Shown: positions 10,201 through 17,704 of the stretch, piece by piece
Layout: each line of letters opens with the position of its first letter
Numbering within the stretch: position 1 is the stretch's first letter
The notes under the pieces: model-generated
Told to the model about the DNA's origin: nothing
Seen by the model: the letters and a program-made list of their open reading frames with translations, nothing else
Databases searched by the model: none
Program-made: the position numbers and the translations under genes
From: Candidatus Methanomethylophilaceae archaeon
Lineage (GTDB): Archaea > Thermoplasmatota > Thermoplasmata > Methanomassiliicoccales > Methanomethylophilaceae
Direction: 5' to 3'
DNA length: 35,111 nucleotides
Assembly (NCBI GenBank): GCA_050944155.1
Contig: JBMNQN010000008.1
Location: 1 to 35,111 of the forward strand

Positions 10201-10447
10201 AAAGATGAAACCCAACGCGATAGGTCTGATGAGGAGCGGGAAAATCAATCTGATTATCAACACTCCTTCGATGAAGTCGGGTGCCAGACGCGACGGATAT
10301 ACGATGCGCAGGCTGGCGGTCGAACTGGAAATTCCGTTTATGACCACCGTTCAGGGCGCCGATATCGCGGTCGGAGCCATACGAGTGGGCAGAGAGAAGA
10401 AAACCTCGGTACGCAGCATCAAAGAGTTCCACGTACCGGTTCACTGA
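7235..10447 (+). CDS. carB: Carbamoyl-phosphate synthase large subunit (1070 aa)
   Basis: GSGPIVIGQAAEFD, two ATP-grasp halves (IEVNPR, IEANPR) and an MGS domain; true start is the ATG at 7235 after SD AAGGAGG, not 7115. Confidence 0.98.
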   Translation: MKKPYNKLMVIGSGPIVIGQAAEFDFSGSQACRTLREEGYKTVLVNSNPATIQTDSEMADSVYIEPLNAETVAAIIEKEGVDGILSGMGGQTALNICSELYDSGVLEKLNCDLVGTQPDAIAMSEDRELFKETMERIGEPVPLSYSVSSVPDAKKAAEEIGRYPVLVRPAYTLGGTGGGIAHNEAELEEICARGLAYSRIHQVLIEESVLGWKELEYEVMRDSDDSCIIVCTMENLDPMGVHTGESIVCAPLLTVSDRDHQRLRTAAIKVIRSLGIEGGCNVQFAFNPENGDYRLIEVNPRVSRSSALASKATGYPIARVATKIAVGYKLDEILNSVTGTTYAAFEPSVDYVVVKIPRWPFDKFRTVDRHLGTQMKSTGEAMSIGRTFEEALLKGLRSLEIGVKGLDELEMTDAEIEEELKNVTDKHIFAMGQALRNGWTVEKIADISKWDRYFIIKLKNIVEMEKRLKTCGGDPKVVREAKKMGFSDSAVAELIGMDEIEFRNMRKKQGNVSVYKMVDTCAGEFEAAAPYFYSTYGRTSETSRDESKKKVVIVGGGPIRIGQGIEFDYCCVHGVMALQEEGVDAIIINNNPETVSTDYDVSDRLYFEPLTLEDVLDVVEEENADGVIVQFGGQTSVNLAVGLEKALEGTKTKILGTSPDGMDVAEDRRRFSALMDKLGILQPRSGTGYSFEEARKIASEIGYPVLVRPSYVLGGRAMEIVYSEDELKTYVETAVKVSRNHPILIDQYLTEAVEIDIDALCDGKDVYIGGMMEHVEYAGCHSGDATMVMPPFTLSDEIVKGMAEITEKVALGLNIKGLMNLQLAVKDNKIYMIEANPRASRTVPFISKATGVQMAKVATKIMLGKTLKDFGLSGYTPIDHYAVKASVFPFLKLPGVDSILTPEMKSTGEVMGIDEDFYTACYKALIAAGNKLPMEGGVYITVNEQDKPRVVNAARGLAEMGFTIYATKGTSTYLREHGIETTTVFKLDEKMKPNAIGLMRSGKINLIINTPSMKSGARRDGYTMRRLAVELEIPFMTTVQGADIAVGAIRVGREKKTSVRSIKEFHVPVH

Positions 10448-12438
10448 GTGAACGTTTTCGGTTTTCCTGCCGCGGTAACGGTAATCACCGCGTCGACGTA
10501 GTATACGTAATCGGGGTTCGTTTTGGACGGATATTTGTTTACCTTCACTTCGTAATCGGTAACGATGTCCACCGCTCCGGCTTTGACGGCCTGTTCGTAT
10601 ACGTGTTTCTTTCCCCTTTCGATTGCGAAATCGATACCCTCCGTAAAGGTATCCGCAGGGAAACGTCCGATCCTGGAAAATACCGTACTGGCTATGTTTC
10701 CGGCTACGTTGTTTGCGTTGGGTTTGACAAGAAATTCTTCTCTTTCTATCACTCCGCCGGTAACCGCGCCCACGGCGTTACCGACTTCCGAATATTTCGG
10801 CATTATCAGCTCCGTGCCCAGTCTTTCGGCCACTGCCGGGAGATACGCTCCCGACGGCGCTCCGATACCGATTATGGGTTTCGACAGAGTTATCGTGCAG
10901 GAATAATCCCTTGCCGGAGTTTTGCTTACTGCTCCCTCGAAAAGTTCTTTCCCCGAAGAACCGAAATCGCATACGCCCATGTCGTCAGAGAGAAGTTTGC
11001 AGACGATTTCGGAAGTCATTTTCTTTATGACCGCTTCTTTGGCCGTAGCCATTATTTTATCCTCGGAAATGCCGAGATTTTCGGAGAAATGCCGAAGTGC
11101 CAGATGGGCAGGTTCCGGATCGAACTGGAGATAGCTTCCTTCTGCGTGGAGTATATCGGTAGGCGTGAGACCGATTTTCTGAATGTAACCTATTCTTTCC
11201 AGACGCGAGGTATTGAACTGAAGAGGATGCAGGTTCATTGCGGATGCGGCCTGTCCCAGAGTTCTGGGGCCGTCCTTTATGAAATTCATGAATCTGGCTT
11301 CCGCTTCGTCGAGTTCAGCTTCGTAGCGTTTTTTGAGGGGTATGAAGAAATCGGTTTCCTGGTAACATTTCTGATCGTCCGGATACTCGTAAAGGAATGC
11401 GGCTTTTTTCTCGGAAATTCTGCGAAGGGTTTCCGTTATCTCGGGCCACCTTTCCGCGGCGAAACACAAAGGAACGGATCTTACGGACGATACTCTCACT
11501 CCCGATCTGAGAATGAGAATGTGACTGTCTCCTCCCAACCCTGCGGTGGTTATGTCGGCCGCTTTCACGTGGGTCCTCATACCACCCAATACGGCGCCGT
11601 ATTCCACCAAATCGGGAACTCCTTTTCTCAGTATTCCTATATCCGTGGTGGTCCCGCCGATGTCTACGACGATCGCGTCTTCGCAGCGGGCCATTTTTTT
11701 CGCCCCTACGATACTCGATGCGGGGCCGGAGAGTATTGTCTCGATAGGTCTCAGAGACGCCTCGCTCTCCCCCATCATGGAGCCGTCTCCTTTGACAACC
11801 ATGAGCGGAGCGCGGATGTTTCTTTCCCTGATGACTTCCTTCATGGCTTCTATCAGCTCTCCGATCACGGGAATCAGTCTGGCATTCATTATGCAGGTAG
11901 TGGTTCTGTCGTCGAAACCGAGAGTGGACGACAGCTGATGTCCGCACACCGCACGGACTCCGAGGATGTCGTATGCCATATCTCTGACAATCAATTCGTG
12001 TTCGGGATTCCTTACGGCAAGATATCCGGATATTGCGACGCCTTCCACCTTGCCTTTTATGCTTTTCAGGAACTCTTCCACCGCTTCCGTATCCAAGGGT
12101 TCGGTCGTTCTTCCGAGAAGGTCGTGGGCTCCGCTTACTTCTATTTCCTTGTCCGCCCGGTATTTTCCGCCGTATTCGTGTCCCATAGATATGAGTCCGA
12201 CTCTGCATCCTCTTCCTTCGACAACCGAGTTTGTTGCAAGAGTGGAAGAAAGTGCCACAACGCCTACTTCGGAGAGCATTTCGTCGCTCAGGCCGGATAT
12301 GGAATTTTTGATTCCGATTGCAAGATTATCGTAAGTTGTGGGAGATTTATTGGATTGCAGGACATCTCCCGTTTCAAGATTCATTACTACAGCGTCGGTG
12401 TACGTTCCGCCGGTATCTATTCCGAGTCCGTAAGCCAT
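10441..12438 (-). CDS. Hydantoinase/oxoprolinase (HyuA-like) family ATP-dependent protein
   Basis: GIDTGGTYTD, STTLATN, SGPASS, DIGGTTTD, GLGGDS, TPTD and GNAVGA motifs. Confidence 0.9.
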   Translation of the reverse strand: MAYGLGIDTGGTYTDAVVMNLETGDVLQSNKSPTTYDNLAIGIKNSISGLSDEMLSEVGVVALSSTLATNSVVEGRGCRVGLISMGHEYGGKYRADKEIEVSGAHDLLGRTTEPLDTEAVEEFLKSIKGKVEGVAISGYLAVRNPEHELIVRDMAYDILGVRAVCGHQLSSTLGFDDRTTTCIMNARLIPVIGELIEAMKEVIRERNIRAPLMVVKGDGSMMGESEASLRPIETILSGPASSIVGAKKMARCEDAIVVDIGGTTTDIGILRKGVPDLVEYGAVLGGMRTHVKAADITTAGLGGDSHILILRSGVRVSSVRSVPLCFAAERWPEITETLRRISEKKAAFLYEYPDDQKCYQETDFFIPLKKRYEAELDEAEARFMNFIKDGPRTLGQAASAMNLHPLQFNTSRLERIGYIQKIGLTPTDILHAEGSYLQFDPEPAHLALRHFSENLGISEDKIMATAKEAVIKKMTSEIVCKLLSDDMGVCDFGSSGKELFEGAVSKTPARDYSCTITLSKPIIGIGAPSGAYLPAVAERLGTELIMPKYSEVGNAVGAVTGGVIEREEFLVKPNANNVAGNIASTVFSRIGRFPADTFTEGIDFAIERGKKHVYEQAVKAGAVDIVTDYEVKVNKYPSKTNPDYVYYVDAVITVTAAGKPKTFTQ

Positions 12439-12466
12439 TCAAATCGTCGGACACATGGTTTTTTTC

Positions 12467-12482
12467 GCATAATTAATTATGC
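12467..12482. promoter_or_regulatory. Perfect 16-bp palindrome over the hydantoinase-family promoter
   Basis: GCATAATTAATTATGC equals its own reverse complement; 29-44 nt upstream of ATG 12438. Confidence 0.45.
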
Positions 12483-12529
12483 TAACGATTCCTGGAATTT
12501 CACAGCCGGTTCTTGAAACAAAGATTAAG

Positions 12530-12537
12530 TTTATAAT
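12530..12537 (+). promoter_or_regulatory. TATA-box-like element for the CM-asd-his operon
   Basis: TTTATAAT about 21 nt upstream of ATG 12559. Confidence 0.5.
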
Positions 12538-12558
12538 GGCATCAGTGCGTGAGGTTAA

Positions 12559-12843
12559 ATGGTTCAGATGCCCGATACCGAGGAATTCCGGGAACAGATC
12601 GCGGCCATAGATGCCGAGATAATCGACCTCATAGCCACCCGCATGGAAATAGCGGACGAACTGGCAAAGGCCAAAAAGAAATCCTCGGAGAGTTACTGGA
12701 ACGAAGAAAAAGAGAAAGAAGTCATCGGTAGATATCACGAACTCTGCGAAGAAGTCAGCCTTTCCGAAGACGAGGCCAGACAAATTGCGGAAGTCCTTCT
12801 TAAAATCTCTAAAGACCGCCAGAAACATTTTTTCGAAGACTGA
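12559..12843 (+). CDS. Chorismate mutase type II (AroQ-like)
   Basis: REQIAAIDAEIIDLIATR..K..KE..S...Q helical AroQ pattern; 94 aa. Confidence 0.8.
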   Translation: MVQMPDTEEFREQIAAIDAEIIDLIATRMEIADELAKAKKKSSESYWNEEKEKEVIGRYHELCEEVSLSEDEARQIAEVLLKISKDRQKHFFED

Positions 12844-12870
12844 GCATCTGACGCAGGAGAACACAGCAAA

Positions 12871-13935
12871 ATGAGCAAGGTTAACGTCGCCGTCCTCGGA
12901 GCCACAGGGATGATCGGACAGAGATTCATCCAAATGTTGGAGGACCACCCCTTTTTCGAGTTAACGGGATTGTACGCGTCTAAAAAATCCGAAGGAAAGA
13001 AACTGAAAGAGGTTCTCAAACTCAGAGACCACAATCTGAAGGACGAGACGCTCAAAAGAAAAATCGAGACCATGGAAGTGGAAGAAGTCGGACGCAAAGT
13101 CAGAGCCGTATTCAGCGGTTTGCCCAGCGACATCGCCGGCCCCACCGAGACCGATTTCGCCGAAATGGGCGTGGCGGTTTTCTCCAACGCGGGGGCCCAC
13201 AGAATGGATCCGGATGTTCCGATACTGATTCCCGAAGTCAATCCCGAACATCTCGAAGCGGTCAGAGAACAGCCGTACTACGGAGAAACAGGCGGTTTCA
13301 TAGTAACCAACGCCAACTGTTCCACTACCGGAATCGCGGTTCCCCTGAAGGCAATAGATGCGGCATACGGCGTGAAAGAAATTTTCGTTTCCACGTATCA
13401 GGCTCTTTCCGGAGCCGGTTACCCCGGAGTCGCTTCCCTGGATGCCGCATGCAACGTGATACCCTTCATAAAAGGCGAAGAGGAAAAGATAGAAACGGAG
13501 CTCTGCAAAATGCTCGGAACCTATGACGGAAGTTCATTCAGATTCAGCGACATGAAGGTCATGGCCAACTGTGCCAGAGTTCCCGTTATCGACGGTCACA
13601 CCGAATCGTTGGTTCTGAAATTAAGGGACGAACCTTCTCTCAACGAACTGGAAGAAACCCTCGGAAATTTCCGCGGAGAACCGCAGGATCTGAAACTTCC
13701 CTCCGCTCCGAAATCTCCGATAATCGTAAGGAAAGAGGCCGACAGACCCCAGCCCGCCATGGACATATACGCGGGAAAACCCGCCAGGGCGAGAGGCATG
13801 GCCGTGAGCGTGGGAAGACTCAGACACAGCAACGGTTACTACAAAGCGTTCGTCCTCTCCCACAACACGGTAAGGGGAGGAGCGGGAGGATCCGTTCTGA
13901 ACGCCGAACTGGCATATGCCAAAGGACTGCTCTGA
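12871..13935 (+). CDS. asd: Aspartate-semialdehyde dehydrogenase (archaeal/fungal type)
   Basis: GATGMIGQ, PEVN, NANCST, QALSGAG, RVPVIDGH and HNTVRG motifs. Confidence 0.97.
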   Translation: MSKVNVAVLGATGMIGQRFIQMLEDHPFFELTGLYASKKSEGKKLKEVLKLRDHNLKDETLKRKIETMEVEEVGRKVRAVFSGLPSDIAGPTETDFAEMGVAVFSNAGAHRMDPDVPILIPEVNPEHLEAVREQPYYGETGGFIVTNANCSTTGIAVPLKAIDAAYGVKEIFVSTYQALSGAGYPGVASLDAACNVIPFIKGEEEKIETELCKMLGTYDGSSFRFSDMKVMANCARVPVIDGHTESLVLKLRDEPSLNELEETLGNFRGEPQDLKLPSAPKSPIIVRKEADRPQPAMDIYAGKPARARGMAVSVGRLRHSNGYYKAFVLSHNTVRGGAGGSVLNAELAYAKGLL

Positions 13936-13943
13936 GGTGTCAC

Positions 13944-14807
13944 ATGACTCTTAAACTTGCGATTCCGAACAAAGGAAGACTCAGCGAACGTTCCGCCGAA
14001 CTGCTGACCAAAGCGGGACTGAACATAGGGGACGACTGGGGAAGGAAACTTTCCGTGGAAATAAAGGGCAGAGACATCGAAGTTCTGCTGATACGCGCTC
14101 AGGACATACCCGAATTCGTTCATTCCGGAGCCATAGATCTCGGAATAACCGGACTGGATCAGGTGGAAGAATCGGGATACGATCTGAAAAACATCCTGAA
14201 TCTGGAATTCGGATACTGCCGTCTCGCCGTCGCCGTCCCCGAAACGTCTGGAGTGAAGAAAATCTCTGACATCAAAGACGGAAGCCGCATAGCCACGTCT
14301 TTCCCCAAAGCCACCGGGCGCTTTTTCGATTCCGTCGGCAAAAAGGTGGAAATCGTCGAAATTTCCGGCGCAGCCGAAATAATGCCCTATCTCGGAGTTT
14401 CCGATTACATCGTGGATCTGGTTTCCACCGGTTCGACTCTGAAAATGAACCGTCTCAGAGAGGCCGGAACGATATTCGAATCCCAGGCGGCGGTTCTAAC
14501 GACCGAAAAATCTCTCGCGAAAAACCGCGAAGCCATCACCGAGCTCACCGAAGCGATACGCAGCGTGATTTCCGCGGAAAACCGCAAATATCTGATGGCC
14601 AACGTGTCAAGGAACATGATTCCGGAAGTCGAAAAGATTCTGCCCGGAATAGGCGGTCCCACCGTTTTGGACATAGCGGGAAACGAAGAGATGGTCGCCG
14701 TACACGCGGTGGTCGAAGATTCCCACCTGTACGACGTTATAAACTGCCTCAGAAAGATAGGCGCAACCGGAATCCTAACGCTTCCGATGGAGAGGCTGGT
14801 GGAATAA
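13944..14807 (+). CDS. hisG: ATP phosphoribosyltransferase, long form
   Basis: AIPNKGRL, DLGITGLD and IVDLVSTGSTL motifs; C-terminal regulatory domain. Confidence 0.97.
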   Translation: MTLKLAIPNKGRLSERSAELLTKAGLNIGDDWGRKLSVEIKGRDIEVLLIRAQDIPEFVHSGAIDLGITGLDQVEESGYDLKNILNLEFGYCRLAVAVPETSGVKKISDIKDGSRIATSFPKATGRFFDSVGKKVEIVEISGAAEIMPYLGVSDYIVDLVSTGSTLKMNRLREAGTIFESQAAVLTTEKSLAKNREAITELTEAIRSVISAENRKYLMANVSRNMIPEVEKILPGIGGPTVLDIAGNEEMVAVHAVVEDSHLYDVINCLRKIGATGILTLPMERLVE

Positions 14808-14809
14808 CA

Positions 14810-15856
14810 GTGTCCAGAGAAATCATGAGAAGTTCCGCGAGGAATTTCCGCAGATACTACAACCCGAAAGTGGGAAACGAACTGAGACTCGATACCAACG
14901 TCAACGTTCTGGGATCTAATCCCGCGGCCGAAAAGTTCCTGAAAGAGTGGAACGGAGACCTTAACGGATATCCGAACACCTATTCCGACGGTCTGAGGGA
15001 CGCTTTGGCGGAACTCCACGGCCTCGACCGGGAAAATTTCATCGCGGGAAACGGTTCCGACGAGATTTTGGACGTAATCTTCAAAACATTCACCGAATGG
15101 GGCGCCGTATGCGCCGTCCCCGTTCCGTCCTACGTCCTTTACGACTTTTTCGTGGGCGTCAACGGAGGAAGGGCCGAGGAAGCGGAACTGACTGAGGATT
15201 TTCAGCTGGACCCGGACGCGTTCGCTAAAATCAAAGCTAAAGTGACCATAATGCCTTCTCCGAACAACCCTACGGGAAATTCCTTCAGGGAGAAGGACAT
15301 CGAAGAGATTCTCTCCCGTTCCGACGGAATCGTCGTCATCGACGAAGCATATGCGGAATACAGCGGGAAGTCGATGATACGCAGAGTGGACGAATTCGAT
15401 AATCTGATTGTAACGAGAACTTTCTCCAAGGTTTATGCAATGGCGGGACTCAGAGTGGGATACGCCGTAGCCAACAAAGAAGCGGCCGACATGATGAACT
15501 GCGTCAAAATCCCGTATTCGCTGAACGCTCTCAGCGAGGGAGCGGCAATTGCCGCCGTCCGCGACAGAGATTTCATAGAACGCAGCGTGAAACTGGTGAA
15601 AGAACAGAGGCCTCTGCTTGATGCGGGACTCAGAAAACTCGGTTTCGAAACCTATCCCTCCGATTCCAACTTCATCTTTGCCAAATCCCCCATAGACCAC
15701 GGACTCCTTGTTTCCGGTCTGAAAGAAAAGGGAGTGATGATCAGAGATTTCGGTGCCGGACGCAGAACCAAAAACTGCGTGCGCATAACCGTGGGCGACG
15801 GGAACATGAACGCACTGCTGCTGGAAAAAGCCGCAGAAGTAATCGGGGAGCACTGA
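14810..15856 (+). CDS. hisC: Histidinol-phosphate aminotransferase
   Basis: GNGSDE, PNNPTG, DEAYAE and RTFSK..MAGLRVG (PLP Lys); his context; GTG start. Confidence 0.93.
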   Translation: MSREIMRSSARNFRRYYNPKVGNELRLDTNVNVLGSNPAAEKFLKEWNGDLNGYPNTYSDGLRDALAELHGLDRENFIAGNGSDEILDVIFKTFTEWGAVCAVPVPSYVLYDFFVGVNGGRAEEAELTEDFQLDPDAFAKIKAKVTIMPSPNNPTGNSFREKDIEEILSRSDGIVVIDEAYAEYSGKSMIRRVDEFDNLIVTRTFSKVYAMAGLRVGYAVANKEAADMMNCVKIPYSLNALSEGAAIAAVRDRDFIERSVKLVKEQRPLLDAGLRKLGFETYPSDSNFIFAKSPIDHGLLVSGLKEKGVMIRDFGAGRRTKNCVRITVGDGNMNALLLEKAAEVIGEH

Positions 15857-15883
15857 ACTCTCTTTCTTTGCGGAGGGATTTTC

Positions 15884-16597
15884 GTCAAAATAATTCCTGC
15901 GGTGGACATGCTCGACGGGCAGGTCGTACAGCTGGTGGGGGGAAAACCCGGAAGCGAACAGCTGAAGCTCCCCAATCCCTTCGAAACGGCTATGTCCTGG
16001 ATATCCAAGGGAGCGGGATATCTTCATCTGGTGGACCTGGATGCGGCTTTCGGAAAAGGAAACAATCTCGATTCCGTAAAACGGATAGCCGGGGAATGCG
16101 GAGTTCCGGTTCAGGCGGGCGGAGGAATAAGAAGCACCGAAGCCGTCGACACCCTTATAGAAGCCGGAGTGGACAGGGTCGTAGTGGGTACCAAAGCGGT
16201 TAAAGAACCGGAATGGCTCGCGGAGGTTTCCGAAAAATACCCCGGACGCATAGTTCTGGCTATGGACACGCGCGGAGACCAGATCGTGGTCAAAGGCTGG
16301 CAGGAAAAGAGCGGAATGACCGTCGGTAAAATGTTCGGAATCATAGAAGACATGCCTCTCGCGGGAGTTCTGAACACCAACGTGGACGTCGAAGGAAGAA
16401 AAAGCGGGATAGACGAGAAACAGGCCCGTTCTTTCATAAATTCCTGTCCCCACCCGGTCATTGCTTCCGGAGGGGTGACGGATTACGGGGACGCCGAAAC
16501 ACTGAGTTCGCTGGGAGCGGAAGCCGCCGTTGTGGGCCTGGCGCTCTATACGGAAAGTATAAAACCCTGGGAGTGGCCGAGACCATGGCAGATATGA
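15884..16597 (+). CDS. hisA: ProFAR isomerase HisA; start inferred at non-canonical GTC 15884 (first canonical start is GTG 15902)
   Basis: KIIPAVD, HLVDLD, GGGIRS, TNVDVEG and ASGGV motifs; GGAGG at 15872-15876. Confidence 0.9.
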   Translation, partial: VKIIPAVDMLDGQVVQLVGGKPGSEQLKLPNPFETAMSWISKGAGYLHLVDLDAAFGKGNNLDSVKRIAGECGVPVQAGGGIRSTEAVDTLIEAGVDRVVVGTKAVKEPEWLAEVSEKYPGRIVLAMDTRGDQIVVKGWQEKSGMTVGKMFGIIEDMPLAGVLNTNVDVEGRKSGIDEKQARSFINSCPHPVIASGGVTDYGDAETLSSLGAEAAVVGLALYTESIKPWEWPRPWQI

Positions 16598-16610
16598 AAC
16601 TTCCGAACCC

Positions 16611-16618
16611 TTTATCTA
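16611..16618 (+). promoter_or_regulatory. TATA-like element for the HTH gene
   Basis: CCGAACCC-TTTATCTA 25 nt before ATG 16644, consistent with a leaderless start. Confidence 0.45.
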
Positions 16619-16643
16619 TTAATTACCGTTAATGTTTAAAAGG

Positions 16644-17036
16644 ATGAAACTGCCCTGCGAATTGATTGTAAACGATGTTCTGCCGACGGCACGCGGTGCG
16701 ATAGCCCGGAGTCTGGTCAGAAATCACGGTTACACTCAGATACGCGTTGCCGAAACTTTCGGCGTAACCGGTGCCGCGGTATCCCAGTATCTCAAGGGTC
16801 TGAGGGGAGGCAATCCCGTCATCGACAATAGTTCCATGCGGGACGATTTTTACAAAATGACCGACAAAGCGGCGGATATGATTTCCGAGGGATACAACGT
16901 AACGGAAGTTCTGTGCGCTATCTGCACCTATGTCAAAAGCTCGGGCCTCATCGATTCGCTGTACGAAAGCAGCGGCAGCGAAGGTACTCTCGCCAGCTGT
17001 TCGGAATGTCCCAGATTCAATATTTATATGCAGTGA
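16644..17036 (+). CDS. Archaeal HTH transcriptional regulator (COG2522-like) with PCE, CxxC and CxxC motifs
   Basis: MKLPCE...LP..RG.IA..L, TQIRVAETFGVTGAAVSQY helix-turn-helix, CAIC, CSEC; alternative ATG at 16632. Confidence 0.78.
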   Translation: MKLPCELIVNDVLPTARGAIARSLVRNHGYTQIRVAETFGVTGAAVSQYLKGLRGGNPVIDNSSMRDDFYKMTDKAADMISEGYNVTEVLCAICTYVKSSGLIDSLYESSGSEGTLASCSECPRFNIYMQ

Positions 17037-17125
17037 AATCCGTATTTCATAAAGAGGAAACGGATGCGTCCATCTTTCCGCGTGTCGACCGAACACCGAT
17101 CCTCCGCCGTCCCGTTCGCGAACAG

Positions 17126-17133
17126 TTATTATA
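17126..17133 (+). promoter_or_regulatory. TATA-like element for hisB-hisF-hisIE-PHP
   Basis: TTATTATA 22 nt before ATG 17156. Confidence 0.45.
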
Positions 17134-17155
17134 ATTTCAGGCAATCTTGGAAACA

Positions 17156-17704
17156 ATGAGCGGAAGAAGGGCAAAAACCGAACGCAGCACCAGGGAGACC
17201 AAAATCTTCGTCGAGCTCGACATAGACGGGACTGGCATATACGACGCGGAATGCGAAATCCAGTTTATGAAACATATGGTGGAGACTCTTGCGAGATACG
17301 CCTCTTTCGACCTCCGGTTCCGTGCCGGAGGCGACAACGACCACCACATAATCGAAGATTCGGCCATAACTCTCGGAACGGCGTTCAGAAAAGCCGTCGG
17401 AGACGCTCCGATCCAGAGAATGGCAACAGAATTCGTCGCCATGGACGACGCTTTGGCCATGGTTTCTCTGGACATAGTCGACAGACCCTATGCGGACATC
17501 GAATGTCCCGACAGTCTGTACGCCCACTTCTTCAGAAGCTTCGCCATGTCCGCCGGAATCACGTTGCACGTAGCGAAACTGCGCGGTTACGACGAGCACC
17601 ACATAATCGAAGCTTCCTTCAAAGCCCTGGGCAAAGCTCTGTACAAGGCTACGCGTCCCAGGGACACCGAACTCAGTACCAAAGACAGAGCGGAGGTGAG
17701 ATGA
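17156..17704 (+). CDS. hisB: Imidazoleglycerol-phosphate dehydratase (monofunctional)
   Basis: RSTRETKI, DHHIIED, MDDA and EHHIIEASFKA motifs. Confidence 0.95.
   Translation: MSGRRAKTERSTRETKIFVELDIDGTGIYDAECEIQFMKHMVETLARYASFDLRFRAGGDNDHHIIEDSAITLGTAFRKAVGDAPIQRMATEFVAMDDALAMVSLDIVDRPYADIECPDSLYAHFFRSFAMSAGITLHVAKLRGYDEHHIIEASFKALGKALYKATRPRDTELSTKDRAEVR

Noticed and set aside
7082-10444. 1120-aa antisense ORF over carB, and similar shadows at 10603-12516, 14405-16453, 20364-21725 and 28867-30156
   Set aside because: They mirror well-supported genes codon for codon and show no recognisable motifs; scarce TTA/CTA/TCA codons on the coding strand explain the lack of stops
12559-12843. Chorismate mutase with D..RE changed to N..KE as a possible pseudo-enzyme
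   Set aside because: The changes are conservative and the other active-site Arg/Lys/Glu/Ser/Gln positions appear retained
15854-15856. Selenocysteine-type read-through fusing HisC and HisA
   Set aside because: In-frame arrangement has a 1-in-3 chance, no SECIS is evident, the TGA is not at a catalytic site, and an SD precedes hisA; kept only as a minor alternative
17037-17125. Possible ncRNA or pseudogene between the HTH gene and hisB
   Set aside because: Only one short imperfect hairpin; no tRNA, C/D-box or recognisable protein motif
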